DNA of 49,914 nucleotides, taken from assembly GCA_041302975.1 (NCBI GenBank), contig JBFYQC010000129.1, positions 1 to 49,914 on the forward strand. The letters run 5' to 3'. The DNA comes from Bacteroidota bacterium (GTDB lineage: Bacteria > Bacteroidota > Bacteroidia > UKL13-3). Below, in pieces: positions 1-8,282 of the stretch; the first letter of the stretch is position 1; each line of letters starts with the position of its first letter. A program made the position numbers and the translations under genes. The notes under the pieces were generated by a model. The model ran no database searches and was not told where the DNA came from. It worked only from the letters and a program-made list of their open reading frames with translations.

Positions 1-1235
1 GGATAACCCAAGAAACCAAAACCTCGGTTAACATATAACCTGCTTCCGTTTACTTCATACAAACCTGCCCAATGTGGGTAGATGTATTGTGATGGACTCC
101 ATTTGATTTTACCGAATTCGAAACCAAACTGCATGCCATGAGTATGGCCGCTAAATGTTACATCAATATCAGGATGTTTAATGCTCACAATATCATCAAA
201 GTGACTAGGGTCGTGGGAGAGTAATAACTTAACAGGAACATCAGGCATATTTTTAATGGCTTGGTTGATATCACCAAATTTTTGAAAACGCCCTTTATTT
301 CCCCAGTTTTCAACTCCTATTAAACCGATACGTTGACCTCCTTTATCCAAAGTAACGTGTTCGTTACGCATTAAATTCCAGCCCATATCAAAATGTAATT
401 TAGCTAAATCGTCTAAGTTTTTTTGTTTGGCCGCTTTACTTTCCCAGCTCACATAATCACCGTAGTCATGATTTCCGTAAATACTGAATATACCCATTGG
501 CGCTTTTAACTCACTAAACATATTAGCATAATTGTAAGCTTCTTTGGTTTCGTTGTTTACTAAATCGCCTGTAAAAAATATGACATCTGGTTTTTCGGCC
601 ATCAACATATCCATCCCTTTTTTTACAGCATCCTGATCCAATAAACTACCAGTATGAATATCGCTAAGTTGAGCAATTTTAAGTCCTTCGAAAGCGGGAG
701 GTAAGTTTTTTAGGTACAAGGGTACACGATGGATGCGATAATCGTAACCGCCCTTAAATACACCTTTGGTAAGCAATATTAATGGAGCTGCAGCAGTTAG
801 TGTTCCTGCTTGAGTAAGGAATTGGCTTCGAGATATTTTGTTTGAAATTGAAGTTGTATTGGTTGGGGCATCAGGTTTATTTTCGTTAGCACTCGGGTTG
901 AAGTTTCGTGTTTTTTTTAACCAAAGGAAAGCTCGCCTTAAATCATCAACCAAAACAAAAAGCATGAGTATAAATTTACTTAGGTAAATAATGAATATAC
1001 TTGCGGCAACATAAACTCGGTATCTACCGTTAGTTTCCAATTCAATAAATAATTGTCCTGCTGTAAATAAGGTAATAAGAATAACCGGTATACTCCACCA
1101 AATCCATTGGCCCCAACGAGTAACATGTTTTCCTCTTTTTTCTAGGATATGTTTAATTCCATGCCATGCGTAGATATCCACAAACAGCATAAATGCTATT
1201 GCGAAAAGGGCTATTTTAATTTTATATTCCTGCAT
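1..1235 (-). CDS. Membrane-anchored metallophosphoesterase (calcineurin-like); 3' end runs off the window
   Basis: Absent from the ORF track because it is open to the window edge. Minus-strand translation from ATG 1235-1233 gives MQEYKIKIALFAIAFMLFVDIYAWHG..., with N-terminal TM segments. It then shows LSDIHTG, FTGDLV, YGNHDYG and FSGHTHG motifs typical of the family. Confidence 0.75.
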   Translation of the reverse strand, partial: MQEYKIKIALFAIAFMLFVDIYAWHGIKHILEKRGKHVTRWGQWIWWSIPVILITLFTAGQLFIELETNGRYRVYVAASIFIIYLSKFILMLFVLVDDLRRAFLWLKKTRNFNPSANENKPDAPTNTTSISNKISRSQFLTQAGTLTAAAPLILLTKGVFKGGYDYRIHRVPLYLKNLPPAFEGLKIAQLSDIHTGSLLDQDAVKKGMDMLMAEKPDVIFFTGDLVNNETKEAYNYANMFSELKAPMGIFSIYGNHDYGDYVSWESKAAKQKNLDDLAKLHFDMGWNLMRNEHVTLDKGGQRIGLIGVENWGNKGRFQKFGDINQAIKNMPDVPVKLLLSHDPSHFDDIVSIKHPDIDVTFSGHTHGMQFGFEFGKIKWSPSQYIYPHWAGLYEVNGSRLYVNRGFGFLGY

Positions 1236-1261
1236 TATTTATGCGTTAATTTGCAATTGTA

Positions 1262-1269
1262 CAAAGGTA
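1262..1269 (-). promoter_or_regulatory. Candidate Bacteroidota -7 box (TACCTTTG on minus strand) for the metallophosphoesterase gene
   Basis: Plus strand reads CAAAGGTA, a perfect TAnnTTTG on the minus strand, 27 nt upstream of ATG 1235. Confidence 0.35.
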
Positions 1270-1270
1270 A

Positions 1271-2119
1271 ATGATTAAAGTAATGATTAGTTATCCGAAT
1301 GCTAAAATCAATTTAGGACTGCACGTTATAAATAAACGTGAAGATGGTTTTCATAATATTGAAACGATTTTTTATCCCATTGGTTATAGCGATATACTTG
1401 AGTGTGTAGAGAACAAGGCTTATGCCAAACACAATAAATGTGTTTTCGTGCAACATGGTTTACTCATTAGCGGAAATATTGACACTAATTTGGTTGTACG
1501 TGCCTATAAATTGTTAGATAATGAGTTTGATTTACCTCCGGTGTTGGTTCATTTAAATAAATTATTACCAATGGGAGCCGGTTTGGGAGGTGGTAGTAGT
1601 GATGCTGCTTATATGTTGAAAATATTGAATGGCATTTTTGACCTTAAATTAAGTACAATGGAACTTGAAAATAGAGCGTCTGTTTTAGGAAGTGATTGTC
1701 CGTTTTTTATTCAAAACAAACCCGCATATTTATTTGGTAAAGGTCACGAATTGGAGCCTTTTGATTTATCATTGGCCGGGAAATATTTGGTTTTGGTGAA
1801 TACAGGTGCGCACAGCAATACAGCTCTTGCATACAAGTATGCCAAAAGACGAGAGGTTTTTAACGAAAAACAATCGCTTAAACGTATAACCAAATTGCCT
1901 CTAGTTTTATGGAAGGATGACGTAGTTAACGATTTTGAGGTTTCTGTTTTTGAAAGCATTCCGGAACTTAAACATGTAAAACAATGGCTTTACCAACAAG
2001 GTTCGGTTTATGCATCAATGAGTGGTAGTGGTGCATCTATGTTTGGTTTGTTTGATTCGGTACCCAAACTTACTGGCGTTTGGACTAAAGATATTGTTTA
2101 TCAAAGTTGGCTTACTTAA
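1271..2119 (+). CDS. ispE: 4-diphosphocytidyl-2-C-methyl-D-erythritol kinase
   Basis: N-terminal YPNAKINLGLHV and GHMP-kinase motif PMGAGLGGGSSDAA. Length is about 280 aa. An alternative start is ATG 1283. Confidence 0.9.
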   Translation: MIKVMISYPNAKINLGLHVINKREDGFHNIETIFYPIGYSDILECVENKAYAKHNKCVFVQHGLLISGNIDTNLVVRAYKLLDNEFDLPPVLVHLNKLLPMGAGLGGGSSDAAYMLKILNGIFDLKLSTMELENRASVLGSDCPFFIQNKPAYLFGKGHELEPFDLSLAGKYLVLVNTGAHSNTALAYKYAKRREVFNEKQSLKRITKLPLVLWKDDVVNDFEVSVFESIPELKHVKQWLYQQGSVYASMSGSGASMFGLFDSVPKLTGVWTKDIVYQSWLT

Positions 2120-2120
2120 A

Positions 2121-2156
2121 AAGAGAAGGCCGTTTGAATGCAAAGGGCCTTCTCTT
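2121..2156. terminator. Bidirectional stem-loop between convergent ispE and T9SS cargo gene
   Basis: AAGAGAAGGCC (2121-2131) pairs perfectly with GGCCTTCTCTT (2146-2156). Confidence 0.7.
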
Positions 2157-2178
2157 TAATCAAGTTTGTTAATTATAT

Positions 2179-3285
2179 TTATCGGTTAACGCAGAATTTT
2201 ACAATTGCTTGACCATCACTGCCAGAAATTCGAACAAAATATAAACCATTGCGCAAATTGGCAGTTGGTAAAGTTATTTTGGTTTGATGATTACCCACCA
2301 TATTAAAACTGTTTAGTGCTTTTCCGGTAATATCTGTTAATGTAACCGTATAGTTTTGTTGATGGGCTAATATTGCTTCAATGTTCAATACTTCATTTGC
2401 TGGGTTAGGATATGATGTAGTTTGAATGTTATTCGCTGTGCTTTTCAATAATCCAGTTGAAATAGGGCGTGGTGTTTGGTATCTGAATTCTTCTTGTATG
2501 TTTGGTGTGTCAGTTACCATACCTACTTCTGCAAGGAAATATTTACTGTTTTCGCTAAGCCAAATGTAACGAACGTCTAATTGATTATCAGGCACTTCAA
2601 ATGGAAGGCTTGAAAGCGGAATTTCTGTCCAAACCATTCTGGTTGGATTTAACGGATTAGGCAAACCTCCCTCGAATTTAAAATCAGTTATGGTACTTTG
2701 TTTTAAACGTAGTGAGTTGTAATCACCTGTAGGAGTTTTTAATGTGCCCCAACCATCACACAATACATCTAAATTTATAGTCAGTGTTATTCTAATTGAA
2801 TCAAAAATAGGTACTTGTAATATTGAGGCTGGTAGCACAAAACTAGAGGTTGAAGTATCTTTAGTTCGGGTAAGATAGTTTAGTGGAAATGTAATGCTAT
2901 TTAAATATAGGAAAGGATCTCCACCACCAATAGGAACAGGATTAGGTAAAATAGTTTGTACCCCATTAGAGTTTACATTTAGGAACACAATATCTTCTAA
3001 ATTCCCATTTTCAACCAAAACGTGTGTAATATTAGTAGGTGTAGGAACAGGAGAGTTGGCGGGTGATACAAACACTGACTCTGAAACACTTTGTTTGCTA
3101 ACAGACGAATAATCCCAAACTTTGTTTGTACCATTTGTTGTAGCCAAATTACTGCTAACTCTTGTGGTATCTACTCCATAAAAAATGGTGTCGCCTGGTT
3201 GCGCAAAGTTTGCGTTGGTAAGTGTTATTTGAGCTTGCGTTACCAAGCCCAGTAAAATTGAAATTGCTAAAAAGGTATTTTTCAT
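2179..3285 (-). CDS. Secreted protein with T9SS C-terminal sorting domain
   Basis: Signal peptide MKNTFLAISILLGLVTQAQ. The C-terminus YPNPANEVLNIE...NGLYFVRISGSDGQAIVKFCVNR is a typical Por/T9SS CTD. The track start 3303 adds 6 residues. Confidence 0.75.
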   Translation of the reverse strand: MKNTFLAISILLGLVTQAQITLTNANFAQPGDTIFYGVDTTRVSSNLATTNGTNKVWDYSSVSKQSVSESVFVSPANSPVPTPTNITHVLVENGNLEDIVFLNVNSNGVQTILPNPVPIGGGDPFLYLNSITFPLNYLTRTKDTSTSSFVLPASILQVPIFDSIRITLTINLDVLCDGWGTLKTPTGDYNSLRLKQSTITDFKFEGGLPNPLNPTRMVWTEIPLSSLPFEVPDNQLDVRYIWLSENSKYFLAEVGMVTDTPNIQEEFRYQTPRPISTGLLKSTANNIQTTSYPNPANEVLNIEAILAHQQNYTVTLTDITGKALNSFNMVGNHQTKITLPTANLRNGLYFVRISGSDGQAIVKFCVNR

Positions 3286-3323
3286 ATTGTGAATATTTTG
3301 CATGCTTTAGTATCTGGCATAAA

Positions 3324-3331
3324 CAAATATA
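3324..3331 (-). promoter_or_regulatory. Candidate -7 box (TATATTTG on minus strand)
   Basis: Plus strand reads CAAATATA. It lies 21-39 nt upstream of the two candidate ATGs of the 2179..3303 gene. Confidence 0.35.
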
Positions 3332-3399
3332 GCGTTTATATTTAGTGAAGTTAGTAGTATTATGAATTTAATGTGTAACATTAAACTACTTAAACGGGC

Positions 3400-4044
3400 T
3401 TATGCTTTTTTTAACTTATGTTTAATAAATTCGAAGGCAATTGGTAATAAAGATACACCAATGATACCAAATACCACTAATTCGAAATTTTTCTTCACCC
3501 AATCAATGTTGCCGAACATGTATCCTGCCATGGTTAACATGGTAACCCATACAATAGCACCGGCAATACAGTAGGTAATGTATTTGCTGTAAGTCATACT
3601 GCCTACTCCTGCAACAAACGGTGCAAAGGTTCTTACAATAGGAACAAAACGAGCGATAATAATAGTTCTTGCTCCATGTTTTTCGTAGAAAGAATGGGTT
3701 TTATCTAAGTAGTCTTTACGTATGGTAAATAGTCCAAAAAGTTTGGCTCCTTCTCCTTTTTTAGCAAGGTATCGGCCAATAAAGTAGTTGGTGTTATCCC
3801 CTGCTAATGCAGCAGCAACGAGAAGTACAATAATTAGAAATACATTGAGGTTGTTTACTTCATTGGCGGCTAATGCGCCAGCCGCGAAAAGTAAGGAGTC
3901 ACCCGGTAAAAAAGGGGTTACAACCAAACCCGTTTCCGCAAAAACAATTAAAAATAACAAAGCGTAAACCAGTGCTCCGTATGCCTGAACAAAGTCTTGT
4001 AAGTGTTGGTTAATGTGTAGTACAAAATCAATAATTTCTTTCAT
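3400..4044 (-). CDS. DedA family inner-membrane protein
   Basis: VTPFLPGDSLLFAAGALA and ARFVPIVRTFAPFVAG motifs, with multiple TM segments. An alternative upstream ATG is at 4074. Confidence 0.85.
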   Translation of the reverse strand: MKEIIDFVLHINQHLQDFVQAYGALVYALLFLIVFAETGLVVTPFLPGDSLLFAAGALAANEVNNLNVFLIIVLLVAAALAGDNTNYFIGRYLAKKGEGAKLFGLFTIRKDYLDKTHSFYEKHGARTIIIARFVPIVRTFAPFVAGVGSMTYSKYITYCIAGAIVWVTMLTMAGYMFGNIDWVKKNFELVVFGIIGVSLLPIAFEFIKHKLKKA

Positions 4045-4080
4045 AATTTTATAAGTTGCTGCAATGTTAAGCATAATTAC

Positions 4081-4088
4081 TAATTTTG
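4081..4088 (+). promoter_or_regulatory. Perfect TAnnTTTG (TAATTTTG) in the DedA/GT2 divergent intergenic region
   Basis: Sequence match only. It sits 3 nt before the GTG of the micro-ORF and about 120 nt before the GT2 ATG. Confidence 0.3.
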
Positions 4089-4091
4089 CTT

Positions 4092-4208
4092 GTGCTTAAA
4101 AAAATTATAACATACACCATATTGGCTGCCTTAGCTCTAACTGTTGTTAGTACGCAAGCTTGTAAAACTTCCAAGTCTCGTAAAAGAGGTTGTAATTGTC
4201 AGTTTTAA
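4092..4208 (+). CDS. Candidate micro-ORF: 38-aa lipoprotein-like peptide
   Basis: My translation from GTG 4092 is MLKKIITYTILAALALTVVSTQACKTSKSRKRGCNCQF. It has a KK n-region, a hydrophobic core and a Cys after STQA. Its TAA (4206-4208) directly abuts the GT2 ATG (4209). There is no ATG start, only TTG 4086 or GTG 4092. Confidence 0.3.
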   Translation: MLKKIITYTILAALALTVVSTQACKTSKSRKRGCNCQF

Positions 4209-5021
4209 ATGAATACTCCATTAGTTAGTTTAATAACGGTTTGCTACAATGCCGAAGGGTTGATAAAAGACACACTCGAAAGCGCAATCAACCAAACGTA
4301 TAAAAATATTGAATTGGTTATTATTGATGGAGGCAGTAAAGATAATACAGTTGCTGAAGTCAACAAGTTTGAAGCCTACATTGGTACTTTAATTAGTGAA
4401 CCAGATAAAGGTATTTATGATGCCATGAACAAAGGCATTAAAGCAGCAAAAGGGGAATGGTTTTATTTTTTAAATGCAGGTGATGCCTTTTATAACAATA
4501 CTGTTTTGGAGGATGTATTTGTAAACAGAGATATTCATGCCATAGACTTTATTTATGCAAAAATGCAAACGGTGAATGAACCCACGGGCGTTAATTATAT
4601 TGGCGGACATCAAGTATCATTCAAGGATTTCTATTTTAAATACCCAATTTGTCATCAAACCACTTTTACACGCAAATCGGTGTTTGATTACATGCCGTAC
4701 TTGGACGCAAGCCTGAAAATTATGGCTGATAACAAATGGCAAATGACTTTTTTTAAACACCACGAAAACAAAGCTTTGTTTATTGATATGGTGGTTGCTT
4801 TTTACGATATACAAGGGGCATCATACCATAAAAGAATGAAAGGCTACCGAGAGTTTTTAGGATATATTGGTAAGTTATTGCCTTTTCATGTTTATTTGGC
4901 TAATGTGTTTTTGTATCCAATTATTTGGGCAAAGGTTAAGTTTATACGCACTTTTCAGCAAACAGCTTGGTTTAAAGCATATCGTAACCTTAAGTTTAAG
5001 AACAAAAAAGCTAATGTTTAA
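4209..5021 (+). CDS. Family 2 glycosyltransferase
   Basis: N-terminal SLITVCYNAEGLI...INQTYKNIELVIIDGGSKDNT and DAMNKG, a GT2 (GT-A) signature. Confidence 0.85.
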   Translation: MNTPLVSLITVCYNAEGLIKDTLESAINQTYKNIELVIIDGGSKDNTVAEVNKFEAYIGTLISEPDKGIYDAMNKGIKAAKGEWFYFLNAGDAFYNNTVLEDVFVNRDIHAIDFIYAKMQTVNEPTGVNYIGGHQVSFKDFYFKYPICHQTTFTRKSVFDYMPYLDASLKIMADNKWQMTFFKHHENKALFIDMVVAFYDIQGASYHKRMKGYREFLGYIGKLLPFHVYLANVFLYPIIWAKVKFIRTFQQTAWFKAYRNLKFKNKKANV

Positions 5022-5081
5022 AAAATGTTATGTAGTTAATTCCTCAACCCATTTATATTGCGCACGCTTAATTTTTAACGC

Positions 5082-5618
5082 ATGATTTTATCAGACAAAC
5101 GTATTCTTGAAGAGATAGAAAAAGGAACTATTTTAATAGAACCTTTTAAACCAGAGTGTTTAGGCACTAACTCGTATGATGTGCATTTAGGTCGTTATTT
5201 GGCTACTTATAAAGACCGTGTACTAGACGCACGTGAGCATAACAAGATCGAAACATTTGAAATTCCTCAAGAGGGTTTTGTATTACAACCAAATACCTTG
5301 TACTTAGGTGTTACTGCCGAGTATACAGAAACACATGCGCATGTGCCGTTTTTGGAAGGTAAAAGCAGTACCGGGCGTTTAGGTATTGACATCCATGCAA
5401 CGGCAGGTAAAGGTGATGTTGGTTTTTGTAACACGTGGACTTTAGAAATATCTTGTGCGCAACCGGTGCGTATTTATGCAGGTATGCCCATTGGGCAATT
5501 AATTTATTTTTCTGTTGAAGGTGATATTGAAACCATGTACAACACCAAGAAAAATGCGAAGTACAACAAACGCGGTGTTAAGCCCGTTGAAAGTATGATG
5601 TGGAAGAATAAGTTCTAA
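5082..5618 (+). CDS. dcd: dCTP deaminase
   Basis: MILSDKRILEEIEKG...IEPF N-terminus, LEGKSSTGRLGI motif, 178 aa. Confidence 0.9.
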   Translation: MILSDKRILEEIEKGTILIEPFKPECLGTNSYDVHLGRYLATYKDRVLDAREHNKIETFEIPQEGFVLQPNTLYLGVTAEYTETHAHVPFLEGKSSTGRLGIDIHATAGKGDVGFCNTWTLEISCAQPVRIYAGMPIGQLIYFSVEGDIETMYNTKKNAKYNKRGVKPVESMMWKNKF

Positions 5619-5639
5619 AATGTTATAGTTGGTAACACA

Positions 5640-5677
5640 AAAAATCCCGCCTTGAAGTTTTACAGAGCGGGATTTTT
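5640..5677. terminator. Stem-loop after dcd (convergent gene pair)
   Basis: AAAAATCCCGC (5640-5650) pairs perfectly with GCGGGATTTTT (5667-5677). Confidence 0.7.
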
Positions 5678-6377
5678 ATTTGCGGTAATATTCTTTGGTT
5701 TGATAACAATCACAAAACAAGTTGTAGGTGGTCCACTTGCCAAAACGAATTTGATGCTTGTTAGATAATACATAAACATAACCAAAGTTGTTTATCAATC
5801 CGCCTGGTAGAAAGGTAACCACAAAGTTTATTTTTACATTGGTGTTTGGGTTTAACCATTGGTTTGCAAGAGAAGTATTGGTGTACTTTTTTATCATCGA
5901 CAATATTGAAACACTTGCTGAGTCGTTGTTATGGTTTAATGTGGTATTTATTTCTTGAAATCGCCCGTTGTTAAACAATAAATAATTGGTGTAATGTTTC
6001 GATCTAAAATTGCTCCAAAATACATGACCTGTATTGCTAATATTTATATTCAGGTGAGTTTGGCGGATATGGTCGTAAAACTCATGTTGGCGCACCAATC
6101 CGGATGAATCAAATTGAAGGTAAATGAAACCAAAATCGAACGATTTTTTTTGGTCGAATTTTACTCCCTTTTTAAAATAAATCCTATCACATAAAAATAA
6201 GGGATTACCCAAAGAAACAATTCCGTTAAAAGGGTAGCCAGGAGGTTTTGATTTTATGGCACAAGAGTCTTCGATTAAGCTAACACTATAATCGCCATCG
6301 AAATAATAGGTGGTATCAACTTGCGAAAAAGCCAAAGTAGAAAGTAACAACCCAATAAGTAGTAAACAGATTTTCAT
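5676..6377 (-). CDS. Hypothetical secreted protein
   Basis: Signal peptide MKICLLLIGLLLSTLAFSQ and no motif I recognise. The track start 6383 is a GTG overlapping the upstream stop by 1 nt. Confidence 0.6.
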   Translation of the reverse strand: MKICLLLIGLLLSTLAFSQVDTTYYFDGDYSVSLIEDSCAIKSKPPGYPFNGIVSLGNPLFLCDRIYFKKGVKFDQKKSFDFGFIYLQFDSSGLVRQHEFYDHIRQTHLNINISNTGHVFWSNFRSKHYTNYLLFNNGRFQEINTTLNHNNDSASVSILSMIKKYTNTSLANQWLNPNTNVKINFVVTFLPGGLINNFGYVYVLSNKHQIRFGKWTTYNLFCDCYQTKEYYRK

Positions 6378-6382
6378 ATCCA

Positions 6383-7279
6383 CTAACTCAATAGGATTTT
6401 CCAGGCACTTTCAACCTCTTTACGCTCTAAATATTGATGCGCCAATTGGTGTTTAGCCTTTAGTAAGGCATCTTCAGTTAGTGTATTGATGATATGCTGA
6501 AGTTCTTTGTTCATGCGTTTAAATACTTCAATATCGCTGGCATCAGGCAAGTTTTCGGTATTACCAAGCATACCCAAATCGTTGCCGGTTAAAACAATGC
6601 TTGTTCTAATTTCAATTGGCAATGCATCAACTCCAATGCCTAAAGTGGTTAAAGGTTTAGGCACTTCAAACAAAGCTTCGCCATTTGCACGAGCATACCA
6701 ATCGCCACCTAAGCGTGATACCAAATCTATTTTTTGTTGGTCAATTTTTCCAACGGCATTCAATACATCAATATTTACATGCATTAACTTTACCTCGCAT
6801 ATTACCAAATTACCTGCGCCACCTTCAGTGCCTAAAGGAATAACTTGATTAACCACACACTCAAATTGTACTGGTGATTCTTTTACGCGAGGTGGTTTTA
6901 TGGTTAAAGAAGGTTCTTCTGTTAATCCAGCTTTTATAAACTCATTTGTTCCGCGTGGGTACTCGGTGCTGCTTAAGCTGGTTTGTTGCACCATGCCATA
7001 GTTAACAACGTTTATACATACTTCGGGTACATCAAGTACATTTTCTAAAGTATGTTTGGTGGTGTTATCGCGACCTCTGCGGGCAGGTGAAAAAATTAAA
7101 ATAGGTGGTTTGGTGCTAAACATGTTGAAGAAACTAAACGGGCTTAAATTTACATTTCCATTTGTATCAACAGTACTCGCAAAACATATTGGTCTTGGTG
7201 CAATAGCTCCTTGCATCAAACCTTGTAATTCCATTACCTTTAACTCGTCAGGGTTATAGGTTCGGTATTGATTGGTCAT
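6383..7279 (-). CDS. Flavin reductase-like (FMN-binding split-barrel) domain protein
   Basis: RPICFASTVDTNGNVNLSPFSFFN is the typical flavin-reductase-domain N-terminus. The protein is 298 aa with a C-terminal extension. Confidence 0.7.
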   Translation of the reverse strand: MTNQYRTYNPDELKVMELQGLMQGAIAPRPICFASTVDTNGNVNLSPFSFFNMFSTKPPILIFSPARRGRDNTTKHTLENVLDVPEVCINVVNYGMVQQTSLSSTEYPRGTNEFIKAGLTEEPSLTIKPPRVKESPVQFECVVNQVIPLGTEGGAGNLVICEVKLMHVNIDVLNAVGKIDQQKIDLVSRLGGDWYARANGEALFEVPKPLTTLGIGVDALPIEIRTSIVLTGNDLGMLGNTENLPDASDIEVFKRMNKELQHIINTLTEDALLKAKHQLAHQYLERKEVESAWKILLS

Positions 7280-7295
7280 TTACGTTTAATTAAAA

Positions 7296-7982
7296 TTAAA
7301 GAATAGCATTAAGAGATGTTGCTTCACCAACTAATCCTTGAGCACATTTTAAAATACGGCCAGGATATTTTTGTATGATGCGGTAATCATGTGTAGCCAT
7401 AAGTATAGCTGTACCTTGTTGCGCGATATTATGAAGCAAGTTCATGATGTCATCACTTACTTTAGGATCTAGATTTCCGGTTGGTTCATCAGCTAAAATA
7501 ATTTCGGGTTCGTTAAGTAAAGCACGCGCTATAACAACACGTTGTTGCTCTCCTCCACTCAACTCATGAGGCATTTTATAGTCTTTGGTTTGTAGGCCAA
7601 CTAACTCTAATACTTGGGCAATACGGTCTTTTATTTTATTCTCATCTTTCCATCCTGTGGCTTTTAACACAAACGAAAGATTTTGAAAAACCGTACGGTC
7701 GGTTAAAAGTTGAAAGTCTTGGAATACAATGCCTAACTTCCTTCTAAGGTAAGGAATGTCTTTTGGTTTAAGTTTAGTGAGGTCGAAACCTGCGATATTT
7801 CCGAATCCTTTCTCCAACTTTAATTCGCCATAAAGTGTTTTCAATAAACTGCTTTTGCCGCTACCAGTTTGGCCAATTAAATAAACAAACTCACCTTGGC
7901 CAATTTTCACGTCAACATCACTTAATATGAGGTTATGGCCTTGGAATATTTGTACATCGGTTAAATCTATTACTGTTTCCAT
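7296..7982 (-). CDS. ftsE: ABC-type ATPase, FtsE-like cell-division ATP-binding protein
   Basis: Walker [12 protein letters not shown], signature [15 protein letters not shown], Walker [12 protein letters not shown]. With the METVIDL start it is about 228 aa. No ftsX is adjacent. Confidence 0.8.
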   Translation of the reverse strand: METVIDLTDVQIFQGHNLILSDVDVKIGQGEFVYLIGQTGSGKSSLLKTLYGELKLEKGFGNIAGFDLTKLKPKDIPYLRRKLGIVFQDFQLLTDRTVFQNLSFVLKATGWKDENKIKDRIAQVLELVGLQTKDYKMPHELSGGEQQRVVIARALLNEPEIILADEPTGNLDPKVSDDIMNLLHNIAQQGTAILMATHDYRIIQKYPGRILKCAQGLVGEATSLNAIL

Positions 7983-7989
7983 GAGTTTG

Positions 7990-8193
7990 TTACCAATTAA
8001 TTTTGTGCATTTTTCCGAAAGGTATTTCATTTAGGAGTCTAAAAATCTCTTCAATTTTGTCTCCTAATCCACATTTTTCCAGCGCGCGCTCGGGTCTGTC
8101 GGTTCTAAAGTAGGCAATTAGGGTAAAATTGTCGTCTCTAAGTTGAACGTAATCAGGTATTTTGGCCTTCCCTTTTATTTTAATGATGTACAA
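7990..8193 (-). CDS. Possible small protein (67 aa) upstream of ftsE
   Basis: The ORF ends 7 nt before the ftsE ATG and has a balanced charged/hydrophobic composition. It has only a TTG start and no recognisable motif. Confidence 0.3.
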   Translation of the reverse strand: MYIIKIKGKAKIPDYVQLRDDNFTLIAYFRTDRPERALEKCGLGDKIEEIFRLLNEIPFGKMHKINW

Positions 8194-8282
8194 AGCAGAA
8201 TAAAATTAGTGTTGTTAAAAATAAGTGCTGTAAAATTAAACGAATTCCTTGTATAATTGCACTTGCAAAATTATAAAAAATC

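Noticed and set aside
6507-6848. 113-aa ORF antisense to the flavin-reductase-like gene
   Set aside because: It is a shadow ORF within a supported CDS, with no independent evidence.
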